Assembly (NCBI GenBank): GCA_951406725.2
Contig: OX597837.1
Span: 35,898,001 to 35,962,000 of the forward strand
Direction of reading: 5' to 3'
DNA from: Octopus vulgaris
Lineage: Eukaryota
DNA length: 64,000 nucleotides
Below the pieces are notes generated by a model that worked only from the letters and a program-made list of their open reading frames with translations, ran no database searches and was not told the DNA's origin. This document shows positions 25,863-39,760 of this stretch, piece after piece (within the stretch, counting starts at the first letter, position 1; every line of letters starts with the position of its first letter). The translations under genes were made by a program, and so were the position numbers.

Positions 25863-27295
25863 TGTACACAGGTACACAGTGTACCATACATCAGGTGTTG
25901 AAGTGGTTGCAGAACAATGTGAGATGGAGTGTTTTGCTCAAGAGCACAACACACCACCTGGTCTAGGAATTGAAACCATGACCATGCAAATCATGGGTGC
26001 AACTCCCTAACCTCTAGGCCATGTGCCCTCACACACATGTGGGTGTGCACGCATGTGCATGTCCTTGTGATGCTTGGAGATGAGTATCACCATCATAGAC
26101 GCAGGGTTGGTCGTTTCCAGTCTTCTGTGGAAAGCATGTTTGGTCATCAGGAAATATTAGTTGATTCTGGTCAGAGGTGAAGGTTGGCAACAGGAAGAGC
26201 ATCCAGCTGTAGAAAATTGGCTTCAACAAATTCTGTCTGATCCATGCAAGCTGGGAAAAGTGGACATTGAATTATGATGATGAGGTACAAGTACACACAC
26301 CCTCTCTCTCTCGCACACACACTCTCACACACACATACTCTGTCTCTCTCACACACACGTACTCTGTCTCTCTCACACACACGTACTCTCTCTCTCTCAC
26401 ACTCATGTACTCTCTCTCTCTTACACACACAAACTCTCTCTCTCACACATATATCTCTCTCTTTCTCTCTCACACACTCTCTCTCGCTCACACACACATA
26501 CTCTCTCTCTCTCTCTCTCACACATACTCTCTCTCACACACATACTCTCTCTCACACACACTCTCTCTCACACATACTTTCTCTCTCACACACTCTTTCT
26601 GTAGTACACATTCTCTCTCTCTCACACATGCTCTCACTCCCACACACACTCTCACTCCCACACACATTCTCTCTCTCTCACACTCCCCCTCTCTCACACA
26701 CCCATACACTCTATCTTACACACACATGCATGCATACATATGCACACACACACGTGTTTGTCTCTGTCTTAGCACTCAAATCACTTACACACCTGCCAGA
26801 AGGTAAACAAGAACCTAACGGTTTGGTATTACGACATTGCAACAGTAAAACATAAAAGAACCGTTTCTTGAAAACAGTTAATAAACAAACTCCAGGAGCC
26901 TGACTTGCCGCTATCAGTTTATGCCAGTCATGTGAAGACCTCGTGTCTTCTCAGATCCCATACTGCTAGTTTCCTCCACAAAATCAAGATATCTGTGGCC
27001 CATTTGAGAATTGAACCCCGCAAGGTGAGGGTAGCCACTGCAGTAAGTGCTACTGGTCATTCTCTGTGGCTACGTCTTCACAATCATGTCCACGAGGCGT
27101 GGTTAAAAATGACATTTGTTTTGGGGTGTACAACCTGTTTCTCTCTCTCTCCTGACCCATCTCCTGCTACTTGATCCTGTCTTTTGTAGTTAAGGATCGG
27201 CAAAAGGAAAGGTATCCAGCCCCTCTATATGTTGCAATGAACTGATAACAGCAGAGATAAAAAAAAACAACTGTGTAAACGTTGATAACAGTAAA

Positions 27296-27327
<32 letters not shown>

Positions 27328-27330
27328 CTT

Positions 27331-27623
27331 GGAGGCACAATGGCTCAGTGGTTAGGGCAGTGAACTTGTGGTTGTAGGATCGCGGTTTCGATTTCCAGAC
27401 CGGGCGTTGTGAGTGTTTATTGAATGAAAACACCTAAAAGCTCCATGAGGCTCCGGCAGGGGGAGGTGGTGACCCTGCTGTACTGTTTCGTCACAACTTT
27501 CTCTCACTCTTTCTTCTGTTGGCCTGCTCACTTAGCCAGTGGGGTGGCGTCACTTGATGGCTAAAACAATGCGAAGCACATTGTGACCAGTAATGTGTAG
27601 CAACATCTGATAGCCTGGTCGGT

Positions 27624-27630
<7 letters not shown>
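27331..27630 (+). mobile_element. SINE family C, tail type 1, between (TA)n tracts
   Basis: GGAGGCACAATGGCTCAGTGGTTAGGGCAG (A box) and GGTTTCGATTTCC (B box). Confidence 0.85.
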
Positions 27631-27664
<34 letters not shown>

Positions 27665-27667
<3 letters not shown>

Positions 27668-28051
27668 TATAGATAAGGGCAAAAGAAAAAAGTTCTTATG
27701 CCGAGAAATAGACTTTAAATCATCATATAACTGCAAACTGCAAAATTTCTATTTTGGATATATTTGGGGTACTTAAGTGTACCCATGGCTTTGCATATGC
27801 TTGTTCCGTGTATATAGTTAAGAATTTCATTTATTTCTTAACATATTTACCACTGATGACGAGAGAATTCTTTATGAAGTAACTTAGAAATCAGGTCGAT
27901 CCGGTGATAATGGAATTTTTTAGAAATTTCTGTCAGCGTACTTCGAGACGAGTACTTTTAGTGATGAATTATATCTGGTTCTTGACGATTTAAAGTCTAT
28001 TTCTCGGCATATTTGGCATAAGAATTTTTTCTTTTGCCCTTATTCTTAAGT
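27665..28051. mobile_element. Inverted-repeat element with internal hammerhead motif (Penelope-like)
   Basis: Arms 27665-27724 and 27982-28051; plus strand TTACCA-CTGATGA(27853)...GAAA(27887)TC-AGGTC-GATC-CGGTGA. Confidence 0.65.
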
Positions 28052-28133
28052 TGTTTATAATTTTCACCTTAAAAGGTATTTTTAAAATATGCTGGCCACT
28101 GATAAAATTTTTTTGAAAATTTTATCCTATATT

Positions 28134-28180
<47 letters not shown>

Positions 28181-29689
28181 CATATACGTGTGTGTGTGTA
28201 GGTGTATATGTGTCTGTTTATATATATATGTATATATATATATGGCTGTGTATGTATATATATGTACATAGATTTGAAGATGTTCCACCCTCACAGTTGC
28301 AACTCCTCTGTAATTTCCTGCTGATTCTACAGACAGGAAATTAACAGGTTTGTGTTTAATGTTCCATTGTACTGTAGAGTGTTGGCGTTCGTTGTGGTGA
28401 TGGTGGAGGTGATGGTGGTGTTGATGGTAATCTCGGTGGTGGTGGTGGTGGTGGTGGTGGAGTTAGTGACTGGGGGTTGGTGATAGTGGTGAAGGTAATG
28501 ATGTTGGTGATGGTAGTGATGGTGTTGTGGTGTTGGTAATGGTGGTGCTGATGGTGATGCAACTGGTGATGGTATGTTCATATTTTCTGTTGATGATGAT
28601 GACAGTGGTGTGGGCAGCACTGGTATTGAAGGCATTGGTAATGATGATGGAGGTAATGATGATGACAACGATAGTGGTAATAATGGTGATGGTGTTGGTT
28701 AGGATGTTGTTGTTGATTGTGATAGCAACAGATGTGATGATGATGATGATTGGGATATCAATTATGCTGATGATGATGATGATGATCATCATCATCATCA
28801 TTACCTGAGAGGCCCTTTTCTTTAAACCCCTCTCATCACCATAGATACTTCTTGCTTGTGTATACACATTTATTTGTCTCCCTTATTTAAATTAATGTAA
28901 GAAAACGAGGTCTTTTCCATGTGATAACTCAAATTGCTAAAAGCAACAGCAACATCTAAAACACATAGACACACATAGTTCCCTGGTAATTACAAATTTA
29001 ATTATTATTTAGTTGTTCCAATGTATATAACATTGCCAAGTCTTAGTTGAACAGTTACCAAAAAATCTCAATCAATATGATAACCCATGTATTGTCCCTT
29101 CATGCAGTGGCATAAATCCCGTCTCATTAACAAATGCCCTTAATTAGTAAATGCCTAACAAGTTCCATCTTCTATTGTGCCAATGTACCAGTAATTAAAT
29201 ATCATGTTTGTTGAAGGACCAACTTATTCAAAGTCAGATAAGACCAACATATACACAGTTTTTGGAATCCAGCTAGGTGAATAGACACCACTTTGTCAAG
29301 ATATATTTGGGTTTGAAAGGTGGTGACAAAATATTACACTCTCGGAGTGGTTTGTGTTAGGAAGGGCATCCAGCTGTAGAAGCTTTGCCAGATCAGATTG
29401 AGCCTGGTACAACCTCTGGCTCACCAGTCCTCAGTCAAACCATCCAACCCATGCCAGCATGGAAAGCGGACGTTAAATGATGATGATGATATATGGACAT
29501 TAGGCAGAAAATGTTGGCATTCAGAATATATCTCTGACATCCCTGGTGGAAGCATTGATATCTGTAAGGGATCTATGTCTCTCAAGAATAAAGGAATACA
29601 CACACACTTTACACAACAACTTTTGTTCACCTTGTCATGCCATGGTGGAACCAGACACATGACTCAAGAGCCCTTAATGCCATTACTAC

Positions 29690-29985
29690 CTTGTTCAAAG
29701 AGCTGATGATAGGTTTTTGTTGAACAGTGTCAATCACTGCATCATTTACAACTGACCCACAGTTTAGAAGTCCAGAAAAATGTTTGACCCAGCGACATAA
29801 TTTCTGTTGGTTTAAAAAGTTGGGTAGAATCCTCCTTGGAAAGCAAAGGAACCAATGCAGAACTCTTAGGTCCATTAACTTGCTTCATAAACTGGTAGAT
29901 CTTCTTGCTGTCATTTGCATCAGTGGCATCTTGAATATCGCAAGTAAGACCTTTCTATCAGTTGTTCTGCATCTTCCTGAGTGAT
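29690..29985 (-). mobile_element. RTE LINE fragment (region upstream of RT)
   Basis: Minus strand LRKMQNN**KGLTCDIQDATDANDSKKIYQFMKQVNGPKSSALVPLLSKE.../RWVKHFSGLLN..SVVNDAVIDTVQQKP, matching RTE LR.MQN.WW...IQ..AD.ND...Y...K.VYGP...RW.EHFS.LLN. Confidence 0.8.
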
Positions 29986-30373
29986 CATAGCAATGGGGTT
30001 TTGTATTCTTATGATGGGTAAGTGTTAGATTCTTATTTCTTTATTACCCACAAGGGGCTACACACAGAGGGGACAAACAAGCACAGACAAATGGATTAAG
30101 TCGATTATATCAATCCCAGTGCATAACTGGTACCTAATTTATCGACCCCGAAAGGATGAAAGGCAAAGTCTACCTCAGCGGAATTTGAACTCAGAACTGA
30201 AAATGTCCAATGCCATTCCCAGCATCTCTGGTTTTATAAAGGACTGAAACAAGTAAAAAAATTATATATATATACACACACACCTGTATATACGTGTGTG
30301 TGTATATATGTATCTCTCCTGTTTGTGTTACCATATCTATTTATATATATATATATTTACACATATATATATT

Positions 30374-30415
<42 letters not shown>

Positions 30416-30457
30416 TATCTTCTGTTTGTTTTACCAGATTCACTTCTCTCTCCCTCC

Positions 30458-30491
<34 letters not shown>

Positions 30492-30516
30492 CCACCTATC
30501 TAATTATCCAGCTATC

Positions 30517-30548
<32 letters not shown>

Positions 30549-31049
30549 GGTGTGTGTGTATGATGTTTATATGTATGTATATGTGTATACATGAATGCAC
30601 ATATATATGTGTGTGTGTGTAAACATGTATGCATGTGTATTTATATATGTGTGTGTATATATATATATATATATATGTATGTATCTATGTATGTGAACAT
30701 ACATATGTGGATACATACCTGCATCTATGCACGCATACAACTCACCATGTGTGCAGTTCCGATATGCAAAAAATAAAAAAATAAAACCAACAACAAAAAC
30801 ACTAGCCGTAAACCAAAAACCAAAAACAACCCAAACGAATGTCATCGTCATCGTCGTCATCGTCGACGCCGTCATCGTCGACGCCGTCATCGTCGTCATC
30901 ATCATCATCGTCTCTGTGTTTATATTGCAGTTTCTTTGTAGCTAAATATCTCTCGTTGCTTGTTAATTCTAAAAGCACCATAGAAACCAAATCATTCATT
31001 AACAATTGACACGTTAACGAGAAGACAAACGAAGACAGTCTTTTAGACA

Positions 31050-31600
31050 AATCTATCCCTGTCTCTCTCTCTCTCTCTCCCTACCTTCTTTCTCTCTCTC
31101 TGTATATATATATATATATATATATATCTGCTTCTCCCTCTCTTTCTTTCTTTTCTTCTCTCTCTTTGTCTCTTTTTCTCCCTTTGCTCTCTCCCTCTTA
31201 TTTCTCTCTCTCCTCTCGCTCTTGTCTTTCAATCCCATCTTTTCCCTCTCTCTCTTTCTCTCCTCTCCCTCTCATTTCTCCCTCCCTCTCATCTCTCATG
31301 TCTCTCTCCCTCTCCTGTCTCTCTCTCTCATCTCTCCTACCCTCTCATCTCTGTCTCTCTCTTCCTCTCTTTTGCTTCCCCTCTCTCCGTTCTTCCTTTC
31401 TCTCCCTCTGTCTGTCTGTCTCTCCTTTTATCTCTCTTCTTCCCTCACTCTTTCACCCAGCCTCCTTCCCTCTCCATGTCTCTCTCTCCCTCCCTATCAC
31501 TCTCCTCCTCTCTCTCTTCCTCCCCTTCCACTCCTCTCCTTAACATTCCTCCACCTCTCACCCCTCTCCCTCCCCTTCCATGCCCACCCACCCACCCACC
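31050..31600. repeat. Polypyrimidine (CT)n-rich tract
   Basis: Directly visible; similar tracts at 12715-12950 and 36920-37310. Confidence 0.9.
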
Positions 31601-31856
31601 CTTAGTTCCAGAATCCCATTCCTATGTCTTTCAATATTTCATCTTTTTTTCCTTTAGCACTTTCTTTCATTTCTTCTTCTTCTTGGTTCACTAGTTCTCC
31701 CCCTCTTCTTTTCCTTTTTTTCCTTTTATTTTCTTTTTTTATATATTTTATTCTTCTTCTCAAATACTTCACCATATATGGGTATAGAATTGACATGGAA
31801 TTAACTTCTCATAGAAATAGGTGTGAAGGTTCCTTGGATGCATTATAGCTTTAAAT

Positions 31857-32582
31857 CGGGGCTTCTCAGCCCCTTTTCCCCCACTATGGACCCTTTTCAT
31901 TCCTACTTTACTCTACTGGACCCTTATAACCATCTGATCCTTAAAAAAAAAATCCCATTATATATTTATCATCATCAGCATTTAACGTCCGTTTTCCATG
32001 CTGCTGTCGAATGGTTTGACTGAAAACTGGTAAGCTGAGAAGCTGCACCAGGTTCCAATTTGATTTGGCAAGGTTTCTACAGCTGGATGCCCTTCCTGCT
32101 GCCAACCACTCCAATATTATTTAGAATTCTATTATAAAAAAATCCCTAAAATATTTTGTGTTTCTGTATAAATATAACCAACTTATTGCACATAAATTTT
32201 AACAATAAAAAAATCTTATGTGCAACCTTGTCTGTTCAGCATGTAAACCATGCATATTTGGCCCTGGTAGCCATATCGGACCTGTCACACTTACCCTACA
32301 ATGTCATTTTGAAACTAAACCACTTTCATTCTTTTATTTGTTTCAATAAACTCGACTGCGGTCATGCTGGAGCACCACCATGCAGAGATTTTAGGATGTT
32401 TCTTTTTTCCAAACCTCATACTTATTCTATCGGTCTCTTTTGCCGAACTGCTAAGTTATGGGGATGCAAACACATCAACACTGGTTGTCAAGCAGTGATT
32501 AGGTGGGGGGTCTAACACAGACACAAAGACACACACATAGATACACACACATACACACACACACACACACACATACATACAT

Positions 32583-32645
<63 letters not shown>

Positions 32646-32808
32646 ATTTGTTTTATTATCTAATATCTATGATGGACTTTATGAAATCTCAATATGAGAT
32701 AATCTGTGATTAATTCAAAACAATGTGGATAATCAAGCACTGGATTTGATAAATTAATCTGAATGCTAAAGAGTTAAGGGCCATATGGACCCAAATTGAG
32801 AACCCCTG
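31857..32808. mobile_element. hAT-like MITE with 8-bp TSD, containing nested insertions
   Basis: CTTTAAAT at 31849-31856 and 32809-32816 flanking CGGGGCTTCTCA ... TGAGAACCCCTG. Confidence 0.7.
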
Positions 32809-33435
32809 CTTTAAATTGATTGTTGTGATGTTCATTCATACCTACATTGAGGGATCTTCACTCTAACAAAAAAAAAATGAAATAAAGTATAAGAATGGCT
32901 GTGTGGTTAAGAATGTTGCTTTTCAACCATGTGGTTTTAGGTTCAGTCACAATGTATGGCACCTTGGTCAGGTGTCTTCTATTACATACATATACATATG
33001 TATACATACAATAGGCTTCTTTCAGTTTCCATCTACCAAATCCACTCACAAGGCTTAGTGCTGTAGTAGAAGACACTTGTCCAAAGTGCTGTTCATTGGG
33101 ATTGAACCCCAAACTGTATGGCTAGAAGTAAAACGTCTTAACATAAAACCCTTTTGTGTTTCTTCTTTATGTTTTGATTCTGTCCCTGTTGTTACAATTA
33201 TAATTATATAATTATCTTCTAAGTCACATTTCAGTGGTATCAGGTTCTGACAAATGTATCCATGGTCGTTGATGCACCCAGAGTATGTAGTACTGTCGTA
33301 GTGTATCAAAACTGCAAAAATTCCTTGCATTGTCAGCTGATGAAGGAAACTGCTTTATTTGTTCTGTCTGCTATGTGTTGTCATTAATTGTACCCGATTC
33401 TCTCTGTCTTTCTCTCTCTCATTCACTCATATGTA

Positions 33436-34667
33436 TCAGGTCATCCCATAAATTCTGTCTGAATTTTGAATAAAGAAAACAAGTGATCAAATGTTATATT
33501 TAATTGAAATTTAATCATCAATGTACTTTCCCTGATTATCTATGACTTCCTTCCACCTATTTACAAGCTTTTAAATTCCATCAGTGTAAAACTCTTGGTT
33601 TCAAAGTGAAGAACTCTGAAATGTCAGTTTCGACCACCTCCTGGCTTGCGAAAGTTATGTCCCCCAAATGATTCTGTAAACTACGAAACAGATGGTAGTC
33701 TGATGGAGTAAGGTTGGGAGAATAAGGTAGATGAGGAACTTTTTCCCAGCCAAGCTTTTTGATCTTCTGTGATGTGATCTTTGCAGTGTGGGTCACGCAT
33801 TGTCCTGATTAAACATCACTCCTTTTCGATTCACTAAAGCAGGTCTTTTTTTCTTCAAAGCTTGGTTCAAACGGTCTAATTGCTGACAGTAGACTTGAGC
33901 ATTGATTGTTGCATGAGGTGGTAACAATTCAAAGTGAATTACTCCTTTGCAAATCCACCAGATAGAGAGAAGAACCTTTTTCCCATGAAGTTCCCTTCTC
34001 AGTTGTGGTTGAGATTTTTCCCTTTTACCAAGCCACTGTTTACGATGTTTAACATTTCAATAGAAGATCCATTTTTCATCACCAGCCACAAGTATATCCA
34101 AAAAGGATGAAATGAGTTCACAGATAATTTATAAGGCACCCATTTTCCAAGTTTTGGAACCTTTCCAAGTTGTTGAAGATGATGATGAACAGTTGTATGG
34201 TTTGAACTAAGCTTTATTGCCAATTCTTCAACTGATAATGCAGGATTTTCTTCAAGTAATGCCTCAAGGAGCTTATCAAACTCAACTGGATGTCCTGTTC
34301 GATCTTCATCTTCAAGGCTGAAATCTCCACTTCTGAATTTTGCAAACCATCTTCTGCAAGTTCTTTCATTCAAGCATTCTTTCCCATAAACTGAGTGTAT
34401 GTTCCGAGTTGCTTCGGCTGCAGAGTTTCCTTTTTTGTACTCATAAAGCAATATGTGCCTAAAATGCTCTTTGGATACTTCCATGTTAGAAAGGGCTTTA
34501 GTCAAAGAAATTTTAATTCTATCATTCTGTGAAATAATATTCAATTAATTTAAATGTACACAAATGCATAAAAATCATTTTTAATTCCATTAGACATTCT
34601 GAAATACTATTAAATTTCATTAAATTTTAAAAAGGTAAAATCGGACAGAACTTATGGGATGACCTGA
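33436..34667 (-). mobile_element. Near full-length mariner DNA transposon
   Basis: TIR TCAGGTCATCCCATAA(A/G)TTCTGTC(T/C)GA at both ends, TA TSD at 33434-35 and 34668-69, 1232 bp. Confidence 0.95.
33511..34484 (-). pseudogene. mariner transposase pseudogene
   Basis: MEVSKEHFRHILLYEYKKGNSAAEATRNI...ERTCRRWFAKFRSGDFSLEDEDRTGHP (HTH), WVPYKL (WVPHEL motif), HLPYSPNLTPSDYHLFRSLQNHL (YSPDL motif); frameshifts and an internal deletion. Confidence 0.9.
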
Positions 34668-34696
34668 TATGTGTGTGTGTACATATATAAACGATA

Positions 34697-34997
34697 AGTG
34701 TTGCCCTTTTCAAGCATAGCCAGGCTCATAGGCCTGGTTTCCCGGTTTCTGCGGCATATGTGCTTGCCCCAGCTGGACGGGACGCCAGTCCATTGCAGTG
34801 TTACTCAAGAAACAGGAAAGAGGAGTGAGAGAAAGTTGGGGTGAAAGAGTACAACAGGGATCGCCAACACCCTCTGCCGGAGCCTCATGAAGCTTTTAGG
34901 TGTTTTTGCTCAATAAACACTCACAACGCCCGGTCTGGGAATCAAAACCGCAATCTTCCGACCGTGAGTCCGCTGCCCTAACCACTGGGCCATTGCG
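34697..34997 (-). mobile_element. SINE family C head with V-domain-like tail (type 2), abutting a family A 3' half at 34998-35212 (+)
   Basis: Reverse strand: family C head, then ACTGCAATGGACTGGCGTCCCGTCCAG...GAAACCGGGAAAC. Confidence 0.75.
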
Positions 34998-35569
34998 TGT
35001 TTGTGTGTCTGTGTTTGTCCCCCCAACATCGCTTGACAACTGATGGTGGTGTGTTTACATCCCTATAGCTTAGCAGTTCGGCAAAAGAGACCGATAGAAT
35101 AAGTACTAGGCTTACAAAAGAATAAGTCCTGGGGTCGATTTGCTCGACTAAAAGGCGGTGCTCCAGCATGGCCGCAGTCAAATGACTGAAACAAGTAAAA
35201 GAGTAAAAAGAGTACATGAAACAGAAAAGACAACTTCTTTTTTTTGCAATTTTAAAAATTTTTATTTAATCTCATTTTCAAAACGATATAATGTTGTTGT
35301 TGTTTTTTTTTTTCATTTTATTTTAACATATTGTTATAAAAACAGCAAAACTGTGAACAGTAAAAAAAAAAAAACAAATAAGAAAGAAAAAGAAAACGAA
35401 AACAAACTTTCAATCAATTTAAGCCAGTAATAACAAATAAAAAAAAATTTATCAAAGATTAACAAAGAAACAAAACAAACAAACAGACAAACATGATTAA
35501 AGGAGGAATTTAGGAGGATTTCCTTTATGGCAAAAATACTGGACTTTACCAGTAGTGGGTGTATAATTA

Positions 35570-35710
35570 TACATACATACATACATACATATATACATAT
35601 ACATGTATATATATATATGTATGTATGTATATATATATATGTATGTATATATGTATGTATATATATATATATGTATGTATGTATATATATATATGTATGT
35701 ATATATATGT

Positions 35711-35778
<68 letters not shown>

Positions 35779-36730
35779 GTATGCATATATATATATATAT
35801 GTATGTATATATATATATGTATGTTATATATATATATGTATGTATATATATATATATGTATGTATATATATATATGTATGTATATATATATATGTATGTA
35901 TATATATATATGTATGTATATGTATATATATATGTATGTATGTATATATATATATATACTTTGATACTTTGATAGGTTTCGGCCATTATTGGCCCAGGCC
36001 ATGTCTAACTTAATAGCACCACCTGTGTGTGTGTGTATGTGTGTGTGTGTGTGTATGTACACATGCATATGAATGTTTTGTATGTATACAAATATACATA
36101 AACATGTATATATATTTGTATATATATATATAGATGTGTATATATATATATATTTTTTTTTTATGAGTATGTGCATGCACACATATATATATATATATTA
36201 GTATATATATTAGTATATATATATATTAGTGTACATATATATTTATATATATGCTTATGTGTGTGTGTCTATATATATATAATTATATATATGCACATAC
36301 ACACTGACACACACATGTACACATACATATATATGTGTGTGTGTGTATGTATGTATGTATGTATGTATGTATTTAGATACATTGTTATATACAGATTTTC
36401 TTACAGATATAGATATGTATATATATATTTTATACATTATAAAAAAATGCGCACGGATATTGTAGTATTTCATTTTTACAGATATAGATACGTGTGTATA
36501 TATAATTATACATACATTATAAATATACATACAGATTGATATTAATTTTTTTGTACAGATATAGATGTCTGTATGCAAATATATTTATATACACACACAT
36601 ATATACACACATACATATACATACTCATTCTCTCATTTCGTCTCTCTCACACACGGTCATACGCACACACACACACACATACATACATACATATGCATGT
36701 GTGTGTATATGCTTGTGTATATAAACGTAT
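35570..36730. repeat. Compound (TA)n/(TATG)n/(CA)n microsatellite field
   Basis: Directly visible; similar fields at 11100-11690, 24900-25195, 26295-26760, 40455-40700, 43240-43760, 49000-51090 and 63500-63870. Confidence 0.95.
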
Positions 36731-37950
36731 ATATATTTATATATAATAGTATCTTTATTTGGCATCAAATCCTCATTTTTCGTAATTTTAATTTTTACAA
36801 TCTTTATATATATATTTTGTTTTTTTTTTCATTCTGCAACTGAAGAAGAGTTAAAAGTCTTGCTTAAGGTTACATTTGAACCCTTACAGCAAGTATTTTT
36901 CGTATTTACACACATAACTCTCTGTCTTTCTCTCTCTTTCTCTCTTTCGTATTTCCCTCTGTTTCTCTCTCCCTCCCTCTCTCTCTCTCTCTCTCCCTGG
37001 CTCGCACTCTCATGCTCTCTGTTTCCCTCTCTGTATATCTGTTTCTCCATCAGTCTCTCTCCTCCTCTCTCTCTATGTTTCCCTCTTTATCTTTCTCTCC
37101 CCCCCTTTTGTTTCCTTCTTACCCCATCTCTTTTCTCTCTCCCCCTCTCTGCCTGTCTGTGTATCTGTCTCTCCCCTTTCTCTATGTCTGTCTCTCCCCC
37201 TCTCTTCATGTCTATCTGTCTCACCCTCTCCCTCTCCCCCTCTTCATCTCTCTCTCTCTCTCTCTCTACTCCCCTCTCTTTCTGTGTGTGTCTGTCTGTC
37301 TGTGTGTCTCTTAACTGTCAACATTTTTTTTACAAGTGCTCTGTTACTCTTTTACTGATTTCAGAAATTGGACCGTGGCCATGCTGGAGCAACTTTCTCC
37401 AGAATAGACAACAGCCAGTTTATATTGAACTCAGCTTATTTCATCACTTGCCTGCTGCTTGTTTGATCAACCCCACAAGGAAAAAAGATCAGAGTGGGCC
37501 CTTGGTGAAATTTGAACTTGCGACGTAAAAGGAGACAGCTGAGTAAGTACCTCATGTATTTTTAGTTCCCCAACGTTCTACAAGTTCTCTCAACTTTTTT
37601 GTGGGTGATTGACGGAGTTGACTGCCTGTTAAATGATAAGAAGATGTGGCATCAATCATGCCTTTCCTCAAAGATATAAATATAAAGGACGGTAATGGAA
37701 CCAAAATGGATCAGTTGGTGAATTAGTGAATTGTTGTCGTTCGGCCCTAGGCCAGTCCTGATCGTGCAGACATATGATCAGATGTATGCCAGTCATGACC
37801 ATCCCATCTGCTTCCTTTGTGCAAAGATCTCAGGATTGCATCATCCGTGTGTTTTGAGGGTGCATTTGAGTGAATTCTGTTGATGAAAACTGATAAAGGA
37901 GCCCATTGTACATACCTCTGTGTGTGTATATAATATATATATATATATTA

Positions 37951-37993
<43 letters not shown>

Positions 37994-38034
37994 ACAAATG
38001 AAAGACTAAAGATGAAATATACGAGAATTTATTA

Positions 38035-38146
38035 TTAATCACGACAATTGTTTCGACACATCTAGCATCGATTCCTCTTGGGTGGGACACTCAACAACTG
38101 GTTCAGGGGCATCCGGTGGTGCAGATGTATCTCGTCGGGTGATAAT
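38035..38146 (-). ncRNA. Type I hammerhead ribozyme motif, same family as 19468-19566
   Basis: ATCAC-CCGACGA-GATACATCT...AGATGTGTC-GAAAC-AATT-GTC-GTGAT; helices intact, core U4 changed to C. Confidence 0.65.
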
Positions 38147-39064
38147 TAAATACAAACAACTCGTGAGTAGACAAACAAGTTTGTGGAGTGAGTGGACAAA
38201 TTCAAAATGGCTGATGACTAGCATCACGCTTGAAACTCAAGAGTACCAGCATATATATGATTTAAATCAAAGCTATGAAATCCTCTTAAAGGGATGTCAG
38301 CATCCAAGTTTTCTGGTTTTATCTAGTTTATCAGTGAAAAACCAAAGATGTTAGGAAACTTTAATCTAATTTAATTTCTCAAAGTGAATTAACTGGGCAT
38401 GGAAACAATTACAGAGTTTGTTTTTATTTGGAATTAAATATGTTCTAATAAATTGATAAATATGTTGCTACTGGATGTCTGCTACTGAAGAAGTCAAGCA
38501 GGGTGAAATCACGTGATCTGGCTGTTCCAGCAGCTGTAGCAGATTGCTCTCATCTGTCAGTGTATAAATACAAGTGCTTTTATGCATTACGAGTCTATAT
38601 GTGAGGTCCTATCAAGGTAAATAACTCAGTATTCTGAGTTCTAATGCAACAGATTGCCTTATATTTTTGTGTGTGTGTACCCTTGTCTTCTTGACATGAA
38701 GTACTAATTGTAAATAAACTTCACTGTCATACAAGTGGTGACGTTTGTTTGCAGGCTTCCGTGCAAACACTTCAGGATTAGGATGAAAACATTATCTTGC
38801 AAGTGTATGTGTGTGTTTGTGTGTCTGTCCTTGTCTTGATGTCGTGCACTAATTGTAAACAAACTTCACTGTCATACAAGTGGTGCAGTTTCGTTTGCTG
38901 TCTTCTGTGAAGACATATCCAGTCTGGGGCAAAATATTGCCTCGGTTGGATACCGGTGGTGTTTGGCAACAGGAAGAGCATCCAGCTGCAGAAAAATCTG
39001 CCTCGGTGAATAACATTTGGCTCATGCAAGCATGGAAAGGCAGATGGTAAAAATGATGATATAT

Positions 39065-39105
<41 letters not shown>

Positions 39106-39620
39106 GCTGGCACTCCGTCGGTGATAACAAAATGCTTCAGTTGATTCGATCAACTGAACAGCATGCTCATGAAATTAATGTGCATGTGGCAGAGTACTCC
39201 ACAGACACATGAATTCCTGAAAGTAGGGTTTTCAAGTAGATTTTGGCTTAAGGACACAACACATGTCTGGGAACTGACCTCATGATCTTACATAATAATT
39301 ATTATTATTATTATTATTATTACCATTATTATTATTATTATTATTATTATTAATAATGATAATAATTCTTTCTATTAAAGGCACAAGGCCTGAAATTTTG
39401 CAGGAAGGGGACTATTCGATTACATCGACCCCAATGCATAACTGATACTTATTTCATTGATCCTGAAAGGATGAAAGCAAAGTCAACCTCAGTGAAATTT
39501 GAACTCAGAATGTAGGGACAGGTCAAATGCTGCTAAGCAGTTTGCCCAACGTGCTAACAATTCTGCCAGCTCACCACCTTAATAATAATAACAATAATAA
39601 TGATAATAACAATAATAATA

Positions 39621-39760
39621 ATCTATCTATCTATCTGCTCAGTTGAAGTCGACTCTCGGTTACTCCATGGATCAGTGTCCTCCAGTCAGTTCTATCCTGG
39701 GCCGCTACTTTCACATTGGCTATGACCATTCCGGTATCATTCTTGATGGTGTCAAGTGGT
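39621..39760 (-). mobile_element. RTE/BovB-like LINE 3' end
   Basis: LDTIKNDTGMVIANVKVAAQDRTDWRTLIHGVTESRLQLSR* followed by an (AGAT)n tail; resembles the BovB-type DR..WR..VHGV..SR.RL terminus. Confidence 0.75.

Noticed and set aside
26955-27024. Possible plus-strand internal exon (CAG...AAG|GTGAGG)
   Set aside because: Weak acceptor, unrecognisable peptide and no partner exons
27331-27405. tRNA gene-like sequences (also 8021, 15285, 55975, 58931)
   Set aside because: A/B boxes are SINE heads that continue into SINE bodies; no convincing cloverleaf
33325-33360. Isolated CTGATGA/CTGAAGAG motifs (also about 19021 and 55654)
   Set aside because: Complete helices I-III could not be built by eye; too degenerate to call hammerheads
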